Origin: Paraspadella gotoi
Taxonomy: Eukaryota; Animalia; Chaetognatha
Assembly: GCA_051294375.1 (NCBI GenBank)
Contig: JBJCIZ010000744.1
Location: forward strand, 1,230,262 to 1,294,261
Length of the DNA: 64,000 bases
Direction: 5' to 3'
Shown: positions 1 to 22,597 of the stretch, piece by piece
Layout of the letters: each line of letters opens with the position of its first letter
Numbering within the stretch: position 1 is the stretch's first letter
Position numbers and translations under genes: made by a program
The notes under the pieces: model-generated
Database searches by the model: none
What the model was told of the DNA's origin: nothing
What the model saw: the letters and a program-made list of their open reading frames with translations, nothing else

Positions 1-429
1 AAAAGAAAAAAGCAGTCAAGTGATAACTTACCCATTGTTAATTTCAAAGCTTTTTTACATCAAAGTTTTTTCCTTATGGCATCTCGTGTTAAAGCAGACT
101 TAATATAAACTAACAATTATATTAAAATTATTTTTTTTTATTTTTATCATAAATTATATTTTTATTTTGAGATAATTTTTTAAAAAATGATTGTTTTCAA
201 TATTTATTTTTAAAATGCCATATTTGGCAGCAATTAGTTTTGCTATGTTCTACTGTCTGAACTAATTCAAATTTTTCTTGCACCAATCACCAACTAAAAA
301 ACTACCTAGCGTCTTTTTTATTTTTTGCGCTGTAGTGTAAATGGAACTATTGAAATGAATTTTGATATTCAACCCCAGAGAAGAGAGACAGTTTTCTCGT
401 AACGTGTTCTTGTCACAAAAAACCAGTAC

Positions 430-609
430 TGTGGCGAATCCTAAATTCGTCTCCCGTATAGCTTGGTGAAGCTCAGCTCGTCCCATTGGCTTGGACAGCT
501 AAACACGCCAGTGACATGGGGTGGTCACTGCAGGTCCAAAGCCCTGAGCGCCAGCTGTCGGGAGATGCCTCACACCCCAGGCATCACACATGTCCCCCCC
601 GTTGCCATA
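430..609 (+). mobile_element. Short TGTGGC...GCCATA element (family A variant) with 4-bp TSD and twister-like core
   Basis: GTAC at both 426-429 and 610-613. It interrupts a family C repeat whose uninterrupted copy has a single GTAC at 54140-54143. Confidence 0.8.
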
Positions 610-770
610 GTACCTCATTTTATAATATGAAGCTTTCTGTTTAAACCTTATGCTGAACATATAAATTTCATAAATCTACGTGGTATTTTGCAATTGCATA
701 TCAATGCGTTTTAAACGGCCTTTGAGCATTTATAAATTACAACGGTATATACGAAATATTTCCCCCCAAC

Positions 771-2360
771 CTGTCGAAATTTTCATTGAGAAAGGAGGCG
801 CAAAGCTTTAATCCCAACGCGTTCCCGTGGCACTCCTTCAAAATGGCATCCACGTGCTCGTCTTTGGTCGCGTCCAAGACTCCATCGTCGACGAACGTCC
901 CCAAGAATCTCCTCGACTCTGCAGAATTGAGGACGTTGAGGACGAAGGCGTTGGGTTTGGCCGAGCGGACGTTGACCTCGACGAAGTGAGTGATCGTCGC
1001 GTCCCTCGTCGTCAAGAGGACAAAGACATTTCGCGCGGGTCCACTCGTCATTCTGCCCAGCACGTCGCAGAAGGCGATCTTGCAGTTCTCCTCGAAGAGC
1101 GTCTCCACGTTGTCGAAGACGAAGAGGATCCGGTGGGCGGGGTCGAGACTGCGGCAGAATCGCTGCAGCGCGTGGGCGGGATCCTCGCAGTTGAAGTTCT
1201 CCAGATCTCTGAGGACGGCGTTGGCGATACGACGGAGGGATTTGTCGCGGGTCCCACCCGGAACGTAGTCGGTGAAAGAGTTGAAGTAGACGGCGGAGAC
1301 CAAGCCGTTTTTCATGGCCTGAGTAGGAGGGTAACTTGTATTTTTTTGGTCCTTCAAGTTAATTTGCATATTGTAGTGTTTTATCAAGTATTGATATACT
1401 TTATTTGAAGGTTAAGTTCCTAAGTGTGTAAGTCATAAGTCAACAACTAATTATTTCATACATAAATACTTTGGTTATTCATCAGAATAACCCCATTTTT
1501 ATACGTATACATTATAATTAATTAAACTGATCAATTACCAATTTGTAACTAAAGTCTAAGAAATTAAAACACCAGTCCCTTTCCATTACCTCCAAGCCCA
1601 CGTGTTTGGCGAAGGTGGTCTTCCCGTGTCCGGGCCCCCCGGAGACGACGAATATCTGTTTGGCGTGCGAATGAATGTCGCGCAGCACCGACGGCGTCTT
1701 GTCTTCGTCCCGCGGAATGAAATCTTCGCAGTAGGGGATGTTGGAAGGAGGAAAGCGATCGGCGCGAAGGGTGAGCGAAGAGAACTCACCCTCTTGACTC
1801 GATTTCGACGAAGATCCGTCGGTAAAGTTGAAAATGACTTGCTCGGTGTTGATGAGAGTCCCGGCCGATTGAGGGTTGGAGGACGAAGGGGAGCAATGGT
1901 GGACGATCCGCTGCTGAGGAGAGAGAGATTCGGCGGTGAAATATACCGAGTCGACGCGAGGCTGAGGATCGATGGGAATTCGCAAAGGTTCTCCTCTTTC
2001 GTTCGTCGGTCGGTGTCGCGTTCGTTGATTGGTCCAGGCCGAACGCGGATCGGAATGAAGAGCGGGGATTGGTACAACCGTTGGACTAACGTTTTGGCTC
2101 CAACTTTGGCCAGCACGGTTCCATTGGGCTGCCACGTTTTGACCGTCGGAGGCCACGCGTTCGTGAAAGCCGTTTTGGTAAAGGACGTCCTCCTGAAAGC
2201 CGTTCTGGCGATAGACGTCGACGTTACGGTTGACATCGACGCCGTTGGAATAATGGGCGCGGCCGTTGGGATCGTGGGCGTGGCCGTTCCAGAATTCGTC
2301 GTCGGAGTCGTTGCCTTCGTCGTAATCGTCGTAGTCGAGGGCGAACAAAGATTCGTCCAT
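771..2360 (-). CDS. STAND-class (NB-ARC/AP-ATPase-like) P-loop NTPase, 5' part; later exons not resolved in the window
   Basis: ATG at 2360 (MDESLF). Exon ~2360-1590 has a low-complexity N-terminus and Walker A GGPGHGKT. Exon ~1318-771 has Walker B ILFVFDNVE, sensor-1-like VLLTTR and a GxP-like CHGNALGL. GT/AG boundaries are visible. Confidence 0.75.
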
Positions 2361-2764
2361 TTTTTTTTTTTGGGAACGAATCGCCGTTAATTCTTGACAC
2401 AAGTTAAGGAATTGAATCACCAAAGCGTCTTTTTATTAATTATTTTTTTTATTTTAAATACTTGAAACATCCCGGAAACGAATTCAGGTTTTCGAATAAC
2501 ATTTTCTCGTTCAATGCAAAAAAAAAAAAAAAATAAAATCGAAGAAATTCCTCAACGATTTGAGTCCCGATCTAAAAATAGATCAGAAAATCGGGTCAGT
2601 CAACTTTTTTTTTGCTTCCGTCAAAAACGAGAAATACTTTTTATAAAAAAATCTAAAAAAAAAAAAATCAAATTAAAGACTCGACTCCTAAATTAAATAT
2701 AACACGTGGTTGAGCGTCAATAACAAAAACAACAGCAGTAACAACAACGGCTTCAACAGGTCCA

Positions 2765-13546
<10,782 letters not shown>

Positions 13547-14145
13547 TTTTTTTGGGGGGGTTCTTTTTTTTTTTTTAAGATTTACCGTTTTTTTGTTGGT
13601 TTTTTTGTTTGTTTTTTTTGAAGGGTAGGAAGATTTAAGCTGAAAATTCGGGATTTAAATTTCGTGAAAAAAAGAAACGATAAAAGCATTGTTTTTAGAT
13701 TTACAACGATCATAAAAGCAAGGATCTTTCCAAGAAAAACATTGACCAATGAAGGGCGAAAAGGAAAAATGTAGAAAAAACGAATGTAGATTTGTAAACC
13801 ATTAATAAAGGTTGGAAATTAGATTTTCCATTATTCACGGAAAAAACGATTATATGTAGAACATAATTGTCTATAAAGCAGACTATGACCAGATAAAAAA
13901 AAGACATCGAATCACAGAGGAAAAGTAAAATTTAAAATAAAATTAAACGAGGGGAAAAAAGTTTGTAGCGAGGGAGAGAGAGAGAGAGAGAGAGAGTAAA
14001 GCGGAGTCTTTTCTGCCTCCAGAAGTGACATCACGAATCACCGACGTTCAGCGGAAGCGTCCGTCCTTTCGTCGCAGCATGACGCCCCTCTTGGGCAGGT
14101 AACGGCCCCCTTTCGCGGCTCAGGGGCCCCCCCCCTGGCGCCCCG

Positions 14146-14519
14146 TCAATGCCCTTCCGGTTTCGCCCCCGCGACGGGCGCGAACCCTCGTTTGCTCATG
14201 TATTCCGTGAGTTGCCCGGGAATCTCCGCCAAAACTGCCTTGGCCAGTTTGGCCTGGTTCTGCACGAATAAAGTGGGCGTGGCTCCGGCGCCACCGGATT
14301 CGACGACGCAGAAATCGGAGAATTTGACGAACTGAACGATGTCGCGGTCGGCGGTTTCGTTGAAGGAGGCGAAGAGGAGTCGACCGTCCCGTCGAGAACG
14401 GACATGGCGGAGAAGTCCGCTTCGCCAACGCCTTTTGGGGGGGGGGAGGGGGGGGAGGGGAGATTTCAGAGTGTGCGAGAGGAGACTGAGTCAGAGAGAG
14501 AAGAGAGAGAAGAGAGAAG

Positions 14520-14576
<57 letters not shown>

Positions 14577-14595
14577 TGAAGAGAGAGAGAAGAGA

Positions 14596-14663
<68 letters not shown>

Positions 14664-17299
14664 TGGGGAGACAGAGCGACACAGACAGGAGAGAGAGAGA
14701 TACGGAGAGAAAGAAAGAGAGAGAGAGAACGAGAGAGATACAGAGTGAGAGGACAGAACGACAGATTATCCGAGACAGAAATACGGACAGACGACGACAA
14801 AGTGAGATTGAAAGTGAGACGTAGAGCGAGACAGAGATATCAAGAAAAATAACCCACTCCCCCTAAAGAAAAATAACCCCCCCTCCCACTAAACTGACCG
14901 ACAATAATAATGCTCATGGGATAATAAGAGGCTTTGACGATGGCCGACATCGTCTCCTCCATGTCGGTAATGATTCCGTCGGTCACGATCAGCAAAACGA
15001 AATAGTTGGCAGCGTCTCGCGGCGCTGCAGCGGCGAATCGCGCCACGTGGTTGATCACCGGCGAAAAATTAGTCGGTCCGTACAGCTGCACGGATCGCAG
15101 CGCGTCGCCGTACGCATGCAGCACGCCTTCGACCCCTTGGCAGTACGGGTTGGTCGGATGTCCGTTGAGGAAGAACTCGTGCGATACGGTCCCGTCGGGC
15201 AACTTGGCGCCGAAGCCCAGCGCCGGGAACATCTTGTCCGCGTCGTAGTCTTGCACGACCTCGCCCACCGCCCGTACGGCCTGCACGTACTGATTGGGCG
15301 AGGAGGCGTCGCCGTGTCGATGGAGGCTTCGAGGATCGGAAGGATGTCCGTTGGATCCCGTGAAGTCGACGGCGACGGTGAAGTGGAGCGAAGTTCCTCC
15401 TTGAAGGAAGTCGACGAAAGAGTGGAGCCTTCGGATTGAGAGAGACTGGAGCAGCATCGTTCCAGAGCCTTTGTAGGCGGCGCCCTTCTTCGCGCGTTTC
15501 TTCTCGTTGACGACGGGGAATTCCGCGGGGGCGCCGCCGCCGGCCGCCTTTCGGAAAGGAAGTTTTTTTTTTGTTTTGAGTTTTTAAATCTCAATTGCAT
15601 ATTGGAAAAAAAAATCCTAAGACTACTCAGTATCCCAAGTCCTCGTTCTATTTATTTAAAATGTTTAGTAGCCTAAATGATAATAAATGTTTACATAATA
15701 AAATAAAAATAATAAAATAAATGATAATAAACGTTTATGACATATTTTTTTAAGGAAAGTTATAACTCTGCATCTTTGTTAAAATATAACAAATAATATT
15801 TTCTATAACGTTAATATTAAACGATCTTAATCAATTAATTAATTAATTAATTATAAAAAATGTTCTTTAAATAAAATTGAACACCTTTTCCAGTTCGGCG
15901 AAGGAAACGAGGAAAGACCCAATAAGATCGTGACCTCCGTCGGAATCCCAATCGAAGACTTCGAACTGAAGCCCCGCTCGACGATCCGATTGGCAGAGTT
16001 TGGAGAGTCCGATCTCGAAGGGTCGCCACTCGGGGTTCAACGTCTCCTTGACGACTTCGGATCGATGAACGACCGTCCATCGATCTCCCGTCGGACGAGA
16101 CACGACGAAGAAAGGATCCGATTTCCCGAAGAGATCCTTCTTGTCCAAATTGCGCGCCGAAAAGCGGAAGGCGGCGATCTCGCGAGCGGCGCCGGTTTCC
16201 GTGGCGACGACGGAGAGAACGCCGCGGCGTTTGACGAGGGAGCGGGAGAAGGGTTTGACGGGAGAGCCGACGATCTCGCCGACGGAGCACTCGAGCTCGC
16301 CGAGGAAGTCGTGGGCGGAGAGGTTGGAGGAGGAAGAGTCGGAATCGAAGATCTCGAGGGAGATGATTAATTAATTAATATTACTTCGTAAGTTCTGATT
16401 ATTAACTCAATTTTCAATATCTATGCACCTCATTTAGAATTTGAAACACGTTAACCGCCCGATTTTTTAATAATTTCATAATTTAATCGTTGTAGTTTAA
16501 ACGCCTTTAAATCGGGTTTTATTGTCAAGGGAGAAAATGCGTTGGAAATAAACGCGAATAAATAAATAAAGTTTTGAATTATTCTTGCTTTATTAATTTA
16601 TCAATTAATGAGAACAAAGAAACGGAGATGCGATCTATATTATAAGAATATATTATATTGGGATAATGATAACTGGATTATGTAGATCATAAAATTTCCC
16701 GCGCAGAGAAAAGGTAGGCAAGTAAACAATATAACATAAGGAATTTTGATGTTAGTTTCTTGAAGGTAAGTTGAAGAGTGATCCAGTTCCCTCTCTCGTT
16801 TCTCTGCCGTCGGTTTCCTGGGGAAAGCCTCCTCTCTGATCGGTCAATCAAATGTAAAGACGGAGAAGCCCCAACTTTAGGCAAAGACTCAAAGAGGCAA
16901 GCCACTTGAAAAGCCATTCTTTTCGCCTTTGACGTCAATGATTTGTTTCATTTCTTTGTCTCGGGTCAGTAAGTCTTTAATCTAACTAAGCGTCAACGCG
17001 CCCTCGCCCCAAAATAAAAATATAACATTAAAATAAATAAAATAAATTACCTGAAACTTGAGCGTCTGCTTCTCTTCGAAATGATAATCGATGGAGAAGC
17101 TCTTCGCCCACGCGGGCGAGAGGGTGTTCTTCAATCTCTCCGTCCGCCCGACCTCGGCGAATCTGCCCGACGCGTCCTTCAAGAAGAGGACGCAGAGAGG
17201 ATCCGACTTGGAGGTCGCGTCGCGGTTCTCGAGTCCTGAGGCCGACACCGAGAGTTCCAAGGGGATCGCCAAGTTGGGCGCCGGCGTCGGCCCCGACAT
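14146..17299 (-). CDS. Copine (C2-C2-vWA Ca2+-dependent phospholipid-binding protein)
   Basis: Exons ~17299-17051 (SKSDPLCV), 16352-15885 (DKKDLFGKSDPF), ~15548-14899 (VAVDFTGSNG, LYGPTNFSP, TDG) and ~14431-14146 (GVGEADF..RDIVQFV..LAEIPGQL). There is one 1-nt frameshift in a G run in the last exon. Confidence 0.93.
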
Positions 17300-18595
17300 T
17301 TTTTTGGGGTTTTTTTTTGTTATTCGTCGCAAGGTTTTTTGTTAAATGTATAAAACTGTTTATTAAACGAAAAGAAATTAAGTAGATTTAAGTAACCAAA
17401 CTAATTCGTCATCTCAATAAAACGTCGAAACCAAGGAAAAGCGGCTCTCAACTCGAGAGCGGAGAATCTCTATTCTCTAGTCTAACAATTCGCGGGACGT
17501 AGTCAATTACTTCCTTTGACAATATGATTCATGACATCCTATTATTAACGAGATAAAACTGGGAAAAATAAGTATTTAAAAAAAAAAATTGAAAAAACGA
17601 AGACGCGCTCGTCGATTATTAGTGGTAAGTAAACTGTGGAATCGTGAGCGTACTAGTTGCCATTTCCGATGTGGTTCTTACAACGGTGAACCTTGTGGTT
17701 ATTATTGTCGTAAACGTGGTCGGTTTTTTTCTCATTGGAGTCATCAGATAAAAACGTCGTCGTCGTCGTCGTCGTCGTCGTCTTCCAGCACAAAGAAAAC
17801 AAAATTTTGATTTAGTCATTCGCGTCGCTCGATAAAAATATTTATGACAAAACTGTGGGTGTCGATATATATATATTTATTATTTAGTGATATTTATACG
17901 ATACGGATTTAACCTCGGTTTGGTGGAAGAGTTGAATTTGAACATTTTTTTTTATAAAAATCACGTGACCGAAATCACGTGATTTAAAAAGTAAAACTGT
18001 CGCTCCACGTCTGTAAATACTTTGTCAAATAAAAAAAATCATTCGACACGAATATTTTAATTTTTTTTTCATTTCTACATTAAGCAGAGTGGATGATTAC
18101 TGGATGCTGGCTGCTAAGTCTATCAAGTTAAAAAAAAACAAAAAAAAAAACAAAAAACAAACCAGTTAACACGTTTTTTCGTTTCTCTCTAAAAATCTCC
18201 CGCCAAGGGGGACAATGACAAAACTTACTATCTAATCACATTTTGTATATAATTATACATCACGTTAAATCATCTAATTACGTCTGTATTTTCGATTCAG
18301 GATCCAAGCAACAATAAAAAAAAGGAAAAAAAAAAACAACCTTGAATTTTTCATCAAATATCACGCGACCGCAACAAATTAAATCGCAAATTTAGGATTT
18401 TTATTTTCATTCTCGTCAACCACAACTGGAAAAAAAAAATCAAGCCAAAGGGAAAAAAGTTCCATGCGTCACTTTTTTTAATTCTTGGTGTTTGTGTGTG
18501 TTTTTTTAAAAAGATTTTACGATATATATATATCATTATATGTACGATTTGGTGAGAAGAAGACGTCAACAAGTTTACAAAGAATCGCTGGAGTT

Positions 18596-18698
<103 letters not shown>

Positions 18699-18772
18699 AA
18701 AAACAAAAATATTTCATGGAATCAAATTCCATCTTCAAATCTTGATAAAGAAAACGATAAGAAAAGAAAGGA

Positions 18773-20497
18773 TCACCTCTGGAAGGATTTAGTGACATTG
18801 ATATAGTTCTGCCATTCTCCCTGCCCTGCGCCAGCGCTGCCGCTGCCGCTGCCGCTCAACACTTCGACAGACTTGAGGAAATTCTTTCCGTCGAATCCTC
18901 CGAGGGCGAAGAGGAATGAACCGGAGAATCCGGGAGGAGGTTTGGTCAACGGCACCGGGGATGAGTTGGCCTCGGCGCCGCAAGCCTCCTTCGCACCGGT
19001 CTCTGCGCCGCAAACCTCCTTCGTGCCGCCTTCCGCGCCGCAGGCCTCCTTCGGGCCGCCCTCTGCGCCGCAGGCCCCCTTCGGGCCGCCTTCCGCGCCG
19101 CGAACCTCCTTCGGGCCGGCCTCGGCGTCGTCGGGAATCGGGAGAGAGTCCAACTCAATTTCGAGCTTGACGATTCGCAGGTTCGCGCGTGGAACGTTTA
19201 ACTGAGGCCCTATATTAATAAATAAATAAATAAATAAATTGGAACGATCAATAAGAATAAAAATTGTATCCAATCAATCAGTAAATACTAAATAAATAAG
19301 TTATCTTGTCCCCGACTTTTGGACAGGCCATGCTTGGCTTCCCTACCAATGAAGTGAAATGTTTTCAAGAACCGTTTAAATAGTATAAAACTTGGTAAAT
19401 TTGCAATAAAACCCCCCCTTCTTCTTCCCTCCCGGTCTGACCGATCGTCCATTGGTTGGTCGCCAGATCGAAGATCTCGGTGCTGCCCACGGATCGAGTT
19501 CCATCCGATCCTCCAACGACGAAGAATCGATCGTCGAACATCGAGACGTCGCATCCGCGTCGGGCCGTGTTCATTGACGGCAAGAACCCCCATCTGCAAT
19601 GAGGGAAATTGATGGGAGGGGATGTTGACGGCTTATTTTTTTAGAAATAGTCGACGTCGCGCGGTCGTGCAAATATCCCCCCCCCCCAAAAAAAAACAAA
19701 CAAACATAACTACGGATAGAGAGAACATGGTGTGTGGCGGAGACGAATTCGCCGGTACGGGGTTTGATCTCTCTCACATTCTGTCTTCCTTCACGACCAC
19801 TAAACGATAAACAATTAACAATAAACAAATTCCAACCCGTGTCAGCGAAAACGTCTCCGTTGCGATAATATAAAAGGCGAACCCCAAAAAAAATTAAAAA
19901 AAATAAAATGAAAACTCCAGGAAAGAAGAAGTTGGAGTGATTTATTTTTTCGGTGCGAAAATACGAATAGAGAAAAACGTAATAGAGTTCTTCTTTTCAA
20001 ACCCTTTTTTTATTATTTAGTCACCATTTATGTAGGTTCATTACGCAATGTTTGTACTTACCTTTTTCAACGATACATCATTATAAATCATACTGCCTTT
20101 TTTTTTGGGGGGGGGTGACCAACGGCTAATTTTAGAAGATCACTGAAATAAAATAGCACTGTTCATTTTAAGTCACTATTTTGTAAAAAAAAAATTAAAT
20201 AAATAACCATAGAAGCGGCAGATACCACTCAAACATCAAAAACTGCTGTCATGAGCTGATGACTTTGCTCGACGAGCCACCGGATCACAACCGAGGAAGT
20301 TACCGCTACACAATAGTACAAAATAATTTACATAATTACCGCTTTACTCGCCCATCGCTCACCTATTGCTTAGTAAACTTCATCATTATAAACATTAACT
20401 TCAACGCCGATTCCTCCGCTCGACCATGGCCATTGACCAATCCGAACCCTCCCCCCCTCCTCTTTCACCTGTCGGCCTAATTCGAACAACACCCCCC

Positions 20498-20581
<84 letters not shown>

Positions 20582-22566
20582 TGTCGCTCTTCGCGTCGTA
20601 GACTTCGAAACTGTTGAGACAATTCCACGAGTCGCTTCCACCCACGACGTAGATGGAACCGTTGTGAGAGCAGACGCCTGCTTGATTGCGATTGTGGTTC
20701 ATCGACGCCATCTGATGCCAGTTGCCGGACTTGGGATCAAAGGCGACGCAATGCTTGGAGGAAGTTACGGCGTCGCTGCTGCCGCCAACGACGACTAGAA
20801 GACCGAGCAAGGCGCAGACGCCGGCGTTGCTTCGAGGCTGAGGGAGATCCCCGACGCGTTCCCATTTTTTCAGCTTAGAATGAAGATAATAAAAACGCGA
20901 CAATATGCAAATTGAATTGAATTCATTTAAAAAAACCAAAAAAAACAACAATTTTAATATGACTATGAAATTGCTAAAACCAATATAAAATTATCCATTC
21001 GTCCAACAAATAAGCTGTCATCCTTTCGAGTCATTAATATTAAAATTAAAAGTAAATTATAAAACGAACCTCCGGATCATAAACTTCGACAGAGTGCAGC
21101 TCCGAGGATCCATCGCTTCCTCCGACCACGTAAACTTTTCCGTCCAAAACGATCGAATCGAATCTTCCTCTGCGAAACAAAACAAAAAAACTTTATAAAT
21201 ATTTTTGTCCGCAATAAAAAAAAGTCAAAATGTTTCATGCAATTAAAGGAATTTGAATCCCAAGTATTTTTTTTTTGTTTTTTGTTTTTAAACCGGATGC
21301 TCATATATGCTCATATATGCTCATATATGCAGCAGAGGTTCGGGCTAAAAATAAATAGATAACCAGACGTCCCATAAACCAGGCATTTTGAGGTGTAATT
21401 ATTAAGAAATGGATTAAGCCTCAACAATAAGCCTTTAGTCTAATTTCTCATAAATTAAGTGGTAAATTTCGAGGCGTTGTGGTAGTACATAATATCCCCA
21501 CAACTCGTCACGAAAATCCGCAGCACAAATGGCGCCGGAGGTGATAGTACAAGAAAGAGGAGGGGTCATCTCACCCTCACCCTCTTTCACAAAGATAATT
21601 TTTAAATACTGAGAGATGGGTAGAATAAAAATTGTTAAAAAATTATGGGTATTTCACAATTAGTTCGGAAAATGATTGTATATTTAAAACAGTCTTTTTC
21701 CATGAAACTTAGGATCGCAAAAATTAAAAAATAATGAATCGCGGCTTGTGAGAAAATTGAAGAAGCAAAGGCTGAGATGAGGCCTGTCTGTAAGCGATGA
21801 TGTTATGGATACATTTATCATTTGGCAGCCTGATGAGCAGCTATGTTTTTTTTTCCCCCATTTACATTAAAATCCCAAAAATAAATTTTCGCTAATCAAT
21901 TATTATCAAAAGCAAGCAAATATTACAAAATGATTGTTATTTTTTTTAATACAAAACATGATTAAAATGGAGGATTCACCTCTACTGTGGTTAACTCCTA
22001 TCTTTACTTTTGATCGGTGATCTAAAATTTGCGATGACTTCCCAAATCTTGATTTACTAATAAACAATATGGGAAAATATTGTTGCGTATCATTAAGAGT
22101 TAAGCTAAATGGACAGTGGACAACAATTGGCCGATCACGTTGTTGTTTCTCGTCTCATCTCAGTTTTAATCGTGCTCATCCATTTGAAATACCCACTTAT
22201 CTACAAAACTATTCCAAACTCACCAAATAAAGACTATATAGTCAAAATATGAAGAAAAAAAAATTGTCAAAGTGCTACGGCTGCGGGTTTATTTTGGGGG
22301 GGGGAACGAGGGAGTGGACGAACCTCGGAGTGAGCATATCAGGCAGACGGTTCCAGGCGAAGGTGCGGGGGTCGAACTGCTCGACCGAGTCGAGGCATTC
22401 CCCGCGACCGTAGCCTCCGCAGACGATCAACTTGTTGTCCACGGCGCCGGCGCCCATCCCGCAACGGGCAAATTCCATCTCCGGAAGGGCAATGCCCTGG
22501 AGGAAGGCAAAAGGCGGCGACCAAACGTCCGTAACGCGGGGAAAGGATAAACCGCTAAGTCTGATA

Positions 22567-22597
<31 letters not shown>

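Noticed and set aside
1825-1865. RHIM-like amyloid motif (TLINTEQVIFN) in the STAND protein
   Set aside because: It lacks the core (I/V)Q(I/V)G tetrad, so the similarity is too weak.
14339-14824. RE-rich and SL-rich ORFs
   Set aside because: They are translations of (GA)n microsatellites, which recur throughout the window.
16350-16360. Unusual GAG acceptor for copine exon 2
   Set aside because: It still ends in AG, is a single instance and could be a 1-nt error. Not enough to claim non-canonical splicing.
20245-20305. HDV-like ribozyme (AAC-UUCCUCG-GUU...GG) on the minus strand
   Set aside because: No upstream P1 or P2 partner strands, and the motif is not kept in the related 39.9-kb copy.
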